Shown in pieces: positions 1 to 10,062 of a stretch of DNA of 64,000 nt. A program made the translations under genes and the position numbers. This stretch comes from Giardia intestinalis (taxonomy: Eukaryota): the NCBI GenBank assembly GCA_000002435.2, contig CM018793.1. One strand, written 5' to 3'. The notes under the pieces were generated by a model that saw nothing but the letters and a program-made list of their open reading frames with translations, did no database searches and was not told the DNA's origin. Each line of letters opens with the position of its first letter. Positions within the stretch are counted from its first letter, which is position 1.

Positions 1-137
1 CGCTCGTCTAAACGCTTGTTTGAATTGAAGCAATCTATAATCCATCGAGGATGAACAACATGAATTCCAGCATCATCTATATTCCACTGTGGAGTCCTTA
101 CTGGATCTAAAATCACGTGTGTGACAGCTGAGCTCAT
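1..137 (-). CDS. Partial gene running off the left edge. The N-terminus (ATG at 137, alternative ATG at 290) encodes MSSAVTHVILDPVRTPQWNIDDAGIHVVHPRWIIDCFNSNKRLDE, a BRCT-like signature
   Basis: Manual translation of the minus strand. The motif pattern THVI...VVHPRWIxDC...KRL resembles the BRCT fold. No AT-rich initiator lies upstream of 137, so the start is uncertain. Confidence 0.25.
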   Translation of the reverse strand, partial: MSSAVTHVILDPVRTPQWNIDDAGIHVVHPRWIIDCFNSNKRLDE

Positions 138-439
138 CTTGAAGACACAGCGTGCCCCGGCCCTAGTAGCAAGAACTCGAAGCCTGAGGGGCGAGGGAGT
201 TGTGGGTCCCTTGCAGTAAATAGTGCAGTTGCTGAGAGGAAGATCTGCGGTGTGCAATGGTTGAGCTCGCAACAATAATCGATAGCTCATTCGATCTGTA
301 AAACCTTAGCCTAACGTTGATTCACGCCTGACTGTTTTCTTCAATTGGCTAGACGCTACTTAGACGCCGCCTAGACAAAGACAGTCACCTGAGTTTTGTC
401 TAGAGTTTTGTTGTTAACAGTTGTCACGAAAAAATTTAC

Positions 440-1066
440 ATGATACAGCTGAGTACTGCCGTTCTTGGCCTATGGGGATTTATCAAGGATCTGCCAGAAT
501 ATTACAAGACCGTTTCCTTTAAGGACCCCCTCTGCGCCGTCATACTCAGCATACACGCAGTGATGATCGTAGGGCTTATATTGTCAATGAAGTCAGCTCT
601 AGGGTCCTTGGTGATTATATTCATCCTCCTGGGTTTCTCTTATCTCACGTCTTGGATAGACGAATTCCTGCGCAGCAACGTGGCTCTACTTTTGGAGAAA
701 AAGTACATTTCAACAGACTACTTCTTTGTCAAAGGGAAGTTCGTAGCGGCTGTTTGGACCGTGCCAATCTTCTTTTACACGGTATTTTTCTCGTTGTGTC
801 TCATCTTAACACTCTTGAAGGAGATATTACAAGAGTGTAGGAAAAGAACTAGCAAGGCTGGATCCTCGCGCAACTCAAGGCACGAGGAAACAGAGGGTGA
901 AATGAGCGGTTCACGCACCACGGAGAAGAGCGCAGCAAATAATATACATATGCATGGCTCAACGTCCTCTCCTAATGAACATAGTAGACACGACAAGCAT
1001 CATGGTGGACATAACAAGCACTACGCCGGACACGGGACACATGCCAATCATAAGCATGGAAAGTAA
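440..1066 (+). CDS. Hypothetical membrane protein with ~4 TM helices and a histidine-rich C-terminal tail (HSRHDKHHGGHNKHYAGHGTHANHKHGK)
   Basis: ATG at 440 preceded by AAAAAATTTAC. Hydrophobic segments and His-rich tail seen in the translation. Confidence 0.5.
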   Translation: MIQLSTAVLGLWGFIKDLPEYYKTVSFKDPLCAVILSIHAVMIVGLILSMKSALGSLVIIFILLGFSYLTSWIDEFLRSNVALLLEKKYISTDYFFVKGKFVAAVWTVPIFFYTVFFSLCLILTLLKEILQECRKRTSKAGSSRNSRHEETEGEMSGSRTTEKSAANNIHMHGSTSSPNEHSRHDKHHGGHNKHYAGHGTHANHKHGK

Positions 1067-1152
1067 ATCTTGCTGCATGGCGAAACATCCTTGATATCTT
1101 TTAGAAAAACACATCAAGGTTTATATTGAGAGGGAAGTGATGTGAGTTGGCT

Positions 1153-2904
1153 TTAGGAACTGCTCAACAGGTGCATGATGCGGTCCTTACAATAAGGATC
1201 GTACGTTTTTCCAACAAACGCAGCAATCGAGATAATCTTTCCTTTAATCTCTACTTGTAAGACTGTGCGTAGTGAGTCCACTACTTGCTCAGAAAAGGGC
1301 ACCCCTATGCATATCCTCTGTAACGCAAGTTGATACACAAGTTTCCAAAGCTCTGCGCCTTGTGCCGGTCTTCTACACAACTCCTGAAGTCCTAGAACAA
1401 TCAAATGGTCTACCTCAGTTGGCAGCCCGTCTAAGCAATCTAACCGGGACGATTCCATAGCTGTCTGCGCATACTCAAGGCATTGTATTATTATCTGACG
1501 CTTGCAAGAGATCGGAGCAAAGAGAAGAAGCTTTTTGAGGATAGAGAAGTTACCAAATCTAGAATACTGAAGCAATTGACAAACTGCACATGTAAAGTCA
1601 ATATAAATAGATGGCAAAGATATAGATAAAGATCCCTTAATGTGACCCTCAAGGTGAGAGAGCGAATCACCTATGTTGGATGACATATCAACCAAAACAG
1701 ATGTCCATTCGGCCAGTTGTTCCTTTGGACTGGCATTGGATATGTCCTGTTCATCAGCTGCTTGCGAAATCGATAGACATGATGCTAGTGAAGTGAAGCT
1801 TGTTTCCTTGTTGAGACTTGAGTGCCTGCTCGACAAATCTGCACGAAAGAGCTCGTCGAAGAGGCCAAACCGAACTGCAACATAGACAATCAATAAGTTA
1901 AAGACTTGCGCCAAAGATCTTGCTGTGATATCTGTAAATGACACTGCGGACACAGGAAAAACCCTTAGAAAGCGCGTCACACGTGCCGTGGTTTCCTTAT
2001 CACCGTCGATAGATTGAGGAAGGATCTTTAACACAATATAAAGAGTGTATAGCACAGTGAAGTACTTCAATGCATGCGTTTTAGTCTCGTCGGTTTGCCA
2101 CGAGAAGCTACAATCACTATCAACGTCTAAGAGCACATCTAATAGTGCATCAGTGCAAGATTTTAAACTCTCAGTAAGAGCAGTATGTCTGACGTCTGCA
2201 CTCCCAGTATCGCGAAGCTCACTTGCCCAGAGATCAGCCAAGGCAACCCATGGAGATGCTTTGAAGGTGTCACTTTTAGCAGATTGTGAGTCAGCCAGAT
2301 AATTTCGTAGAGCTACGGATGTGACTGCAAGGAGTGACTGTTTGCGCAGTAGTGATGGAAAGAGTCTTATAATAGAATCATCAAGGCCACTTGTAATAGG
2401 TGCTTGCACTAACCGCAAAGCGTCTGCTACTATGCTGTCGCTGAGGGATCCAAAGGCTAGTTCTAACTTCAGTGAGAACACACGTCCAAGTGCAGAGACT
2501 ACGCACGGAGAAAGTGATGATACAAGGAGCAGCGTGTCTGCGGCACCCTTGCGCACCTTTGCATCTGAATCAAGGATGCTATTAAGGCAAGCATCAGCAA
2601 CCTCCACCCCTTTGTCGTATGCAAATCTTGCTCCGTGCTGCTTACAAAGCCCGTGAAGTGCCAGGACAGCCTCACGGCGTGTTAGCACAGAAGAATTCTT
2701 CAGCTGGGATATAAGAGTGCCTACCGTCTGATGCCGGGCAGATAGATATACCTCCTTACTCTTATCCACGGTGATACTCTGTTGAAGCATGTTGATGCGC
2801 TTGAAGCTCACAGAAGTGTCTGTGTAGTTTGCTGGTTTTGCAGGCTGGTGCCCAACCTTTGTGTGCTTCCGCTTGAAAGTGGCGTGCTTTTGCGAATTAC
2901 CCAT
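1153..2904 (-). CDS. Hypothetical alpha-helical (HEAT/ARM-like) protein, ~583 aa
   Basis: Long minus-strand ORF. The ORF-track start at 2937 is a TTG codon. The first ATG (MGNSQKH...) is at 2904. Confidence 0.5.
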   Translation of the reverse strand: MGNSQKHATFKRKHTKVGHQPAKPANYTDTSVSFKRINMLQQSITVDKSKEVYLSARHQTVGTLISQLKNSSVLTRREAVLALHGLCKQHGARFAYDKGVEVADACLNSILDSDAKVRKGAADTLLLVSSLSPCVVSALGRVFSLKLELAFGSLSDSIVADALRLVQAPITSGLDDSIIRLFPSLLRKQSLLAVTSVALRNYLADSQSAKSDTFKASPWVALADLWASELRDTGSADVRHTALTESLKSCTDALLDVLLDVDSDCSFSWQTDETKTHALKYFTVLYTLYIVLKILPQSIDGDKETTARVTRFLRVFPVSAVSFTDITARSLAQVFNLLIVYVAVRFGLFDELFRADLSSRHSSLNKETSFTSLASCLSISQAADEQDISNASPKEQLAEWTSVLVDMSSNIGDSLSHLEGHIKGSLSISLPSIYIDFTCAVCQLLQYSRFGNFSILKKLLLFAPISCKRQIIIQCLEYAQTAMESSRLDCLDGLPTEVDHLIVLGLQELCRRPAQGAELWKLVYQLALQRICIGVPFSEQVVDSLRTVLQVEIKGKIISIAAFVGKTYDPYCKDRIMHLLSSS

Positions 2905-2992
2905 TCTGTAAGATCTTTCCGGGCCCAATAAAACCAAAAAAAAGTAACTATTTCAATTTACTTTTTTGCCTTCTAAAACGGGGTCCGCTGAG

Positions 2993-3322
2993 ATGTCCAC
3001 CAAGGTTGCAACAAAGAAGGCGCAGGATTCCATCTCTCTCACGCTCACCCTAGTTGTTAAGTCAGGCAAATACACCCTTGGGACTGATCAGGCTATAAGG
3101 AATATACGAGACGGAAAGGCACAGCTGGTCTTCATGGCCAACAACTGTCCACCTTTGGTAAAGTCTCAGGTTGACTACCTTTGTCACCTATCGAAGACCC
3201 CTGTCCGTGTCTTTGCTGGATCTTCCCGTGAGTTAGGAATAGCCGTTGGTAGACAGTTCAATGTTTCTATCATGACTATTCTCGAAGCGGGGGATGCTGA
3301 TCTCACGAGCATCCTCGGTTAA
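2993..3322 (+). CDS. RPL30: 60S ribosomal protein L30e
   Basis: KSGKYTLGTDQAIRNIRDGKAQLVFMANNCPPLVKSQVDYLCHLSKTPVRVFAGSSRELGIAVGRQF matches the eukaryotic L30e consensus (KSGKYVLG...GKAKLVILANNCP). The ORF-track start at 2966 is TTG, and the true ATG is at 2993. AGTAAAT lies 22 nt after the stop. Confidence 0.85.
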   Translation: MSTKVATKKAQDSISLTLTLVVKSGKYTLGTDQAIRNIRDGKAQLVFMANNCPPLVKSQVDYLCHLSKTPVRVFAGSSRELGIAVGRQFNVSIMTILEAGDADLTSILG

Positions 3323-3343
3323 AAGCGCCGCGACCCACTGGAA

Positions 3344-3350
3344 AGTAAAT
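3344..3350 (+). promoter_or_regulatory. AGTAAAT polyadenylation signal (Giardia AGTRAAY type) for RPL30
   Basis: Motif sits 22 nt downstream of the TAA at 3320-3322. Confidence 0.5.
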
Positions 3351-3363
3351 AACAGCTGCCGAG

Positions 3364-4755
3364 ATGTCCCATGTTCGGGTTCCCCCCGATGGTTCTCTCG
3401 GGGACGAAAGCTCCGGCTCACCAGAGTCCCCCTTCATATGGACCAGGCCATATGTCCTTCCAAGGCTGCTGGGAACCTACATCCCGGAGAAGCTCATCGG
3501 TCTGGAACAACAGCTCAAGACTGTTAAGCTGCATATTTTGGGAACTGCTCGGCATGGGATATCATCTACGCTACTTATCAGGGGGCTCCGTGGGTCGGGA
3601 AAGACTCAACTGATTGGCCTAGCTATTGCCCAAGCAACGCGAGAACTAAATAGTGATTTAGACAACAATACTTTACCCCATATTATTCAAGCGGATGCCA
3701 TCTCCGTTGACCCATTGCAGCTATGCTCAAGAATATGCTCTGTGCTGGACGAAGGCTTCGATCCTAAGAAGAGAGCGGCAAGGCATTTACTACTTGAAAA
3801 GGCTATGGAGTTGCTTGTTAATGGAGGACCAATTGTGCTAATCATAGAGAATATTGATAACTATCTGGCTTCAGGCTCTTTTCTATACAAATTATTTGAT
3901 TTATGTCACTCTGAGACACGCACGATTTGCGCTATCTACACCACGCGCGTATACAAATTTGTGTCGTCACTACCCATGCGTGTTCAGTCCAGGTTCACGT
4001 ATGAGCTTGTGGACACTATGCAGAACCTATCACTTGCACCGATCCCGACAGGCCACAATCTCAAAGAATTAGCACATAAAGCAAGCATAAGCTTTTTGAG
4101 ACAGTTCATACTAGATAGGCTCACTCTCGCTATCCCTGATAGTCACCCTTTATCAGCTGGATCCCCTGAGCCCACTCTCAAGAAGGTTGTAGACAAACAA
4201 TCTTTACTATCAATAGAATCTTCTAAACTATTTGACGTGATAGCTTGGAATGATGCACTAGAAGAAATTCTGAGGTCTCCCGAGATAGAAGATACCTTAT
4301 CATGGATAGTTTCTCTAATACGTGATTGCTACCTCTATCTGCAATTGACATCAGCGATCTACTTGAGCTTTATGAGATGCCCCAAGAAGCCTTCTGTAGA
4401 TGCATTCAACCATGCTGCAGTTTTATATATTCAATCTTCTCATCCAGATCAGCAAGCGCAAGCGCTCGAGGGTCTTTCGAATGAAGCATGCTATCTTTTG
4501 GGTGCAATAATAGATTATTGCAGATGTCAGAACAGCCCCATGTTTACTCTTTCAAATGTTATCAGCGCATTCAGCTCTGGAAAAGGAGCGCACTTATCTA
4601 CGCAAATGTATCAATTAATGCAAGCATCAATCTTCGAGCTCATTGATGGAAAGATCGTCGTTAAACGTCAAAGTAGTTGGAGGCTTGTTGTTCCAATGCC
4701 GAAGATACTTGAGTTTTCCAAGCGCCTTCCTGAAAGCATACGCATTCTATTCTGA
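3364..4755 (+). CDS. ORC4: Origin recognition complex subunit 4-like AAA+ ATPase
   Basis: Walker A GLRGSGKT. Downstream IVLIIENIDNYL...LYKLFDLCHSETRTICAIYTTRVYKFVSSLPMRVQSRFTYELV parallels ORC4 (VIFILDEFD...LYNLFDISQS...KRVKSRFSHRQI). ATG confirmed at 3364. Confidence 0.55.
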   Translation: MSHVRVPPDGSLGDESSGSPESPFIWTRPYVLPRLLGTYIPEKLIGLEQQLKTVKLHILGTARHGISSTLLIRGLRGSGKTQLIGLAIAQATRELNSDLDNNTLPHIIQADAISVDPLQLCSRICSVLDEGFDPKKRAARHLLLEKAMELLVNGGPIVLIIENIDNYLASGSFLYKLFDLCHSETRTICAIYTTRVYKFVSSLPMRVQSRFTYELVDTMQNLSLAPIPTGHNLKELAHKASISFLRQFILDRLTLAIPDSHPLSAGSPEPTLKKVVDKQSLLSIESSKLFDVIAWNDALEEILRSPEIEDTLSWIVSLIRDCYLYLQLTSAIYLSFMRCPKKPSVDAFNHAAVLYIQSSHPDQQAQALEGLSNEACYLLGAIIDYCRCQNSPMFTLSNVISAFSSGKGAHLSTQMYQLMQASIFELIDGKIVVKRQSSWRLVVPMPKILEFSKRLPESIRILF

Positions 4756-4757
4756 AT

Positions 4758-5201
4758 CTATTCCTCTGTAACATATTTCAACAGCTCATGGACCTTCTCC
4801 TCAGCGTCAGCACTTAGGGGGTCTCGCTCTACATCAAGATATGCCTTCATTTCTGCATCTGTCATATTGGAGAGAAGATCGGACACATATTGCGCACCAC
4901 CATCTAAGAGACTATTGAGTCCAATTCTTTCCGCTATCTCCAATGTAGATAGCAACTCTTCTTTGCTCAGCAATAAGAAGAACTGCTGCCGTAGCTCTTT
5001 GTTTTTCTGTGCGTCCTGCGATGATATGGACCCTTTTCCAAAAGTTGATATCCATTCCACGACGTGCTCGACTATGGCTGAGGGATAATCCAATTTGAGT
5101 TTTCCGTCCTCGACCAACTCCCTGTGATTAGCAAGAAGCGCGTCTAACTCTGCAGCCCCAACTTTCCATGTCTTTCCGTCCGATGCCACCAACTCTAGCA
5201 T
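4758..5201 (-). CDS. SKP1: SKP1 (SCF ubiquitin ligase adaptor)
   Basis: N-terminal LVASDGKTWKV... and C-terminal LLDGGAQYVSDLLSNMTDAEMKAYLDVERD resemble the SKP1 BTB/POZ and dimerisation regions. ATG at 5201. Confidence 0.7.
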   Translation of the reverse strand: MLELVASDGKTWKVGAAELDALLANHRELVEDGKLKLDYPSAIVEHVVEWISTFGKGSISSQDAQKNKELRQQFFLLLSKEELLSTLEIAERIGLNSLLDGGAQYVSDLLSNMTDAEMKAYLDVERDPLSADAEEKVHELLKYVTEE

Positions 5202-5303
5202 TAACGGTGCTAAATATTTCTATCAGTTTCACCAATTCACCAAAAATGATTATAAATTGCGTAAAGTAACGCTGTTTCAGTCGCTGCTTAGCCCTACTTT
5301 TAA

Positions 5304-6227
5304 ATGCAGACCACAGAAGGTGTAGCGGAGCAGTCTTCTTGCTATGTTGATGATAAAACAGGGCTCCCAATCATGATCGCGGGGTTGCCATATAAGGATC
5401 TTGTTCTCCTACTCACAGCAATCAACGAGAGTGTTTTACAATCAGCTCAAGCGACCGCTAGGTTGGATCCCCTTTCCGTGCCACTTCCTGCAACTCTTCC
5501 AGCCCTACCATCGATCGAAGTGGGCCATTGGCCGGCACCAAACCTGCCTCCGCCGTTGACCACCGTCGCTCCTGCCTTCCTTAGCCCGGTGAAGCAGGCG
5601 CCAATCTCCTGGGCGTATGTGGCAAAGCGGTCATCGCTGCCTGAAGGAATCTGTCGAACCGTTTGGGGCCGGTTGCAGGAGTCAGTAGGTCTCTGCACAA
5701 GCACGAGTAGCACTTCTACACAAGATCACTCTTTGGTTAGAATGCGCCAGCCTGGGCTTTCAGCACTAGGGGGACCGGGCGTACTCGAACCATACAGACA
5801 CTCGTTACTGTCTTCTGGGCGGACAAAGATTTCAGTCTCCACCGCCCCTCCCACAATCGGAGCACAACCTAAACCTGTAGTACCAGAGATATTGCAAAAG
5901 AAGAGGTTTTCAGAGGCGGAGGACCGACTGCTCCTGATGGCACTTCTCCTCCATGACGGAAATTATGAGCTTATTCAAAGCAAATACTTTCCCTTCTATC
6001 AACTTAATTACGTGAAATCACGCTATACAGCCACGCTCAAGAAGCATGCTATGACTAATGCAGGTTTAGTCAAGGCTAGCGATCTAAAGAGCATACTCAG
6101 TGAAAAGTCTGGCACCAAGATCCAGCTGGAGCTTTTATATCTATTCCCATGGTTGAAGTCGGCCCACATCACAGAGGATCTCCTGATAGATACTGCTAGA
6201 AAGATAGGCTGCCTTCCATATCGATAA
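5304..6227 (+). CDS. Hypothetical protein with a Myb/SANT-like segment (KKRFSEAEDRLLLMALLLHDGNYELIQSKYFP)
   Basis: ATG at 5304 with AT-rich upstream. SANT-like W/F-spaced helix seen in the translation. Confidence 0.45.
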   Translation: MQTTEGVAEQSSCYVDDKTGLPIMIAGLPYKDLVLLLTAINESVLQSAQATARLDPLSVPLPATLPALPSIEVGHWPAPNLPPPLTTVAPAFLSPVKQAPISWAYVAKRSSLPEGICRTVWGRLQESVGLCTSTSSTSTQDHSLVRMRQPGLSALGGPGVLEPYRHSLLSSGRTKISVSTAPPTIGAQPKPVVPEILQKKRFSEAEDRLLLMALLLHDGNYELIQSKYFPFYQLNYVKSRYTATLKKHAMTNAGLVKASDLKSILSEKSGTKIQLELLYLFPWLKSAHITEDLLIDTARKIGCLPYR

Positions 6228-6302
6228 CCCCAAAGTAAATTTCCTACAACTACTTCAGCTCCGGTGTCGCTTCAGAGGACGGAAGACCGGCTGGCACCGG
6301 CT

Positions 6303-8375
6303 ATGAGTTGGTGTACCCTTTATGCAGCGTCTCTAAAGCAGCGTGGACCAGATGTGGAAACGTGTTTAATTGTTCTTGCGCATAACTGTTATTCACGTCT
6401 TGAATATACGTTTAGAGTTCCTGTTATAAGCACTAGCCAGCATCTCCCAGGCATTCTTATAAAAGAGCTGTCTTCGCTTCTTCAAGCGGCTGTTGAATGG
6501 GCAGCAAACCTGATGAATGAAAATGCTCGCTTAGCTGCAATGGGCATAGGCGATGTGTACTACTTTAACCCAATAGCCATGGTTCTACACCCGCATCTTG
6601 ATGGACGAGTCATGACCACTTTAACTAAGATAGCATTGAAGCATGGTTGGGAAGTTCAAAGCCTTTCTACGCGACAAACCTTTAACCAAGAAACGCAACA
6701 CGTTAATAAACTAATCACACCAAAGGATCTCTGCCCACTCTGCTCCGCTCAACTGGGATGCATTCAGTACGATAATCTTGATAAGTTATTGAGCCACAGA
6801 CCCTTTCGAAAGCAATGTAATGCTATTTCTAGCGATACACCTCTTCGTGAAAGAGAACTAGAACGAATTGGGCGAGCAATCGCTAGTGATGGTATGCTTG
6901 CATTCAGACCTATTTTCCAGGATCCCCCTAGCATGAGCTTTTGCGCCAAGACACTAACAGAATTAATGATAGCGATTACAGAAGAGCAGGTATGCTCATG
7001 GAGTCCTTATGATGCCGCCCTATACTTTCTGCTTGATATACTTCAGGACTGCCGCTTGGATGTTCTTTATTTCCTTCATCAAGTTAAAAGCCTGTTTCCC
7101 GATAGCTTGTTTAAAACCATACTAATGTCTATGTCCTCTGACCTCCAGTTCTTACTCCCCCATCTTCCATCTCCGGAGCTTAACTACAATAGTGCCAAGT
7201 ACCTTGAGGAAGACATTAACAGCCATCTGTATACGTTACTTCAATCTCCGTCTCTGCGCATGACAATTTATGAATTTGCAGGATCATTTGTCAGGTTGCT
7301 TCCGTTTTACTTTAAATATGAGAATATTCATAGTACACAGCCCGACTCCAAAGGTTGTGCAAGGAATTATGGGAGTAGCAGCAATTTCTCTTCTTCTGTT
7401 TGTGCATTTGACACGCTACTTGATCTAGATGCATATCTGTCTGATTTGAATCTAGAGCAAAACTTGGCTTCTCCTCTCACTACTTCAAAGCACCACATGG
7501 CAAATAGATTTATCAACCAATCTGTTCCAGATTCTGTAACTAGCTCCTCGTATTTCAATATATGCCACGGTACACGCTTCTTAACCCTACTCAATTGTCT
7601 TACAATGCTGTTTCATGCAAAGCTCATCATGACGCAGATGTTGATGACTAGCTATGAGTCTATGTTTATCCTCCGCTCTTGTGCAGACAAAGACCCTGTT
7701 ATGGTGGAGTCTGTGATCAGGACCCAAATTCCCCTGTCTGTCTCAAGGCGCGAGTTTCTTATAAGGTTTCTAAAAGCCAACTATCTCATACAGAACATTA
7801 TTACTGACATCTGTTTCCTCAAAGATAACATTTTGGTAGAAACAGAGAGAGAGCGCTGTAAAGCTATGAAACTAATAGAGAAGAAACTAGAGGGGGATAC
7901 TGAGAGCTCTACTTCCGAGTCATGTGACAATCCTCAAGAGGTTAACGCTACTAATAAGGAAGGCGTGCTTGATAATACAGATACCGATCATGTCATAGAT
8001 GCCAGTCTTCATCTACTGGAAAGCATTGATACCTGCTCTAGTACTGGCGAAGATAGCTGTATCGAAGATGACGTACCAATAGACGAAAGCTTGTTTCGTG
8101 CTGCTATGCACCCTTCCAACTCGCTCCTTCCAGATTTACCTCTACAACCTGTTCAAGGATACCAGATCAAGCATAAAAATGTTCATAAAGTGGTCCAATC
8201 TGCGTTCAACTCTATCAAAAAGAGCAGCACGGAAAGAGAAAGAGTGGTGACTCGACCCCAGGGTGCAGTATCTGTCGCCTATGCCCGCAGTAATGCCATG
8301 CCTATCCTTCGTCCTGCCATTCAGGATAAGGCTATAAATGTGATATTAAATACTCTAAGGAACTGCTGTACATAG
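6303..8375 (+). CDS. Hypothetical protein (~690 aa), acidic C-terminal region
   Basis: The ORF-track start at 6264 is GTG. The first ATG is at 6303. Confidence 0.45.
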   Translation: MSWCTLYAASLKQRGPDVETCLIVLAHNCYSRLEYTFRVPVISTSQHLPGILIKELSSLLQAAVEWAANLMNENARLAAMGIGDVYYFNPIAMVLHPHLDGRVMTTLTKIALKHGWEVQSLSTRQTFNQETQHVNKLITPKDLCPLCSAQLGCIQYDNLDKLLSHRPFRKQCNAISSDTPLRERELERIGRAIASDGMLAFRPIFQDPPSMSFCAKTLTELMIAITEEQVCSWSPYDAALYFLLDILQDCRLDVLYFLHQVKSLFPDSLFKTILMSMSSDLQFLLPHLPSPELNYNSAKYLEEDINSHLYTLLQSPSLRMTIYEFAGSFVRLLPFYFKYENIHSTQPDSKGCARNYGSSSNFSSSVCAFDTLLDLDAYLSDLNLEQNLASPLTTSKHHMANRFINQSVPDSVTSSSYFNICHGTRFLTLLNCLTMLFHAKLIMTQMLMTSYESMFILRSCADKDPVMVESVIRTQIPLSVSRREFLIRFLKANYLIQNIITDICFLKDNILVETERERCKAMKLIEKKLEGDTESSTSESCDNPQEVNATNKEGVLDNTDTDHVIDASLHLLESIDTCSSTGEDSCIEDDVPIDESLFRAAMHPSNSLLPDLPLQPVQGYQIKHKNVHKVVQSAFNSIKKSSTERERVVTRPQGAVSVAYARSNAMPILRPAIQDKAINVILNTLRNCCT

Positions 8376-9099
8376 GACAACCAACTAGGGGATTTTACTT
8401 TTGCATTTATCCAAACAATATGGAGATTGAGGTTGTTATATCTGGTTTGCCTTCATCATATTATGATCTGCTTACTTACATTGACTACGAGAGTGATGTA
8501 ATTAGAGGAAGAAGAATGAAGGAGCTATACTATATACTTTTCTGGTGCTATGTTGTCGGGACCCTGCCTGCAAATGAGATGAAAATTAGTCGTGGATAGT
8601 ATAATGAGAGGCTTCTTTTAATAGCATACTCAGGTCTAGTGCATTCTTCAGTTCTCTGTGTGGCGTGTATACCCGACGTGAGTGTGTACTTCCAGTGATG
8701 CCTTGCTTCTTGGTTCTTCTTCATGTCAAGCAGGAGTTCAGTTTGTCACTGTCCTTTTTAACGATGCTTCTATTCGATTCGGTGACAACAGCCATCAGGT
8801 CTCGGGTTCCACTGGGGGTTGTGGTTCTGTGAGCGTTCATTTTAGCAGTATGAGGTCGGCGAGCTGTGGGTCTATGGTTGGCTAGTACGCGATTGCATCT
8901 ATCATCTCACGCTCACTTGGCCTGCTTATAATCTTTGGGTTACTCCAAAGCTCCAGGTGGTTGATACTTTTTTCCTCACAACCCTTCAGGACTCCAATGT
9001 GGAACCTTGCTGCCAATCTGCAAGTAGTTATCGGGCCCGATGTGGATCCTAAGCATTCACTCACTATAAACTGGCTCGCGCAGCTGTAGAGTCAAAACC

Positions 9100-10060
9100 T
9101 ATCATTGCCATGAGCCTCCTGGTCTCTACTGTCTAGATCCCCTTCGATCCCTGCTGTCGCCGCAGGACAAACCAGCACACAAGAGCAAGGACCACAGGGC
9201 GAGGACGGTGACGATGATCGTTGTGGAGCCGGCCTTCCTGGTCTGAGGGGCGCAGTCGTCATTCTTAAGGCTGTATCCTCGCATGCACGTGCAGAAAGGC
9301 GCAAAGGACTCCACCTGTCCGGCAGCCCGGGGTGCACAATCGCTTATTTGGCTGAACGCTGTTGGCGCTATTCGAGTACGAGAGGCACTCGCTGTCTACG
9401 TCACAGCTCGAGCAGCCCGTGTTCTAGGAGGGACAGTTGCTCGTGGGGACGCACTTCCCGGTGCTGTCTGATCCACAGCCGTTCACGCAGACATACCTGT
9501 TGTCACTGTCCTTCTCTTGATCCGGCTCGTTGCACTGGGCCCAGCTTGTAAATGGAACCACTCCATGGGAGCCTCCTGCGTCACGGACCTGTGCTGATCA
9601 GCGCGCCCCTGCTCTCCATCCTGGTGCTGGATGGGTGATGTGTCACACAGGCAGACCTGGAGGCAGAAGAGGAAGGGAGGGGCGGGGCATTTTAATTCGC
9701 AAAATGAACTCGACGGAGAACGCGTAATCGCTTGATGGGGGTCCTGAGGAGGCATTGAACGGCACTCAGTCTGTTCACTGATAGCCAGACAGCACACCTC
9801 TGCCAGCCAAGCAGCCGGTCCTCTGTCTCTTCGTAGGGAACAGGCAGAGCTACACTTGTTGAAGGAGCTCGGGTGTCACGCGACGCACGAGGACGTATCC
9901 CTTCCAGTCTCTTACACGACTTTTCCAGCTTGTACTGCACAGTGCGAGCAGGCAAGGCCGATGCAAAACCGTTTACAAACACCGAACGTGATACTCGGCA
10001 CCCGCTGAGGTAGAGCAGGCACTGCTGCATCACTAGACATACACCGATGAAGCTTGACAA
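9100..10060 (-). pseudogene. Decayed cysteine-rich (EGF-like, HCMP- or VSP-like) membrane protein gene remnant broken by frameshifts
   Basis: Cys-rich peptides lie in three minus-strand frames: ...QCNEPDQEKDSDNRYVCVNGCGSDSTGKCVPTSNCPS*, NTGCSSCDVDSECLSYSNS...CTPGCRTGG, and ...FCTCMRGYSLKNDDCAPQTRKAGSTTIIVTVLALWSLLLCAGLSCGD. The last fragment ends in a TM helix plus short tail. No intact ORF spans them. Confidence 0.3.
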
Positions 10061-10062
10061 CC

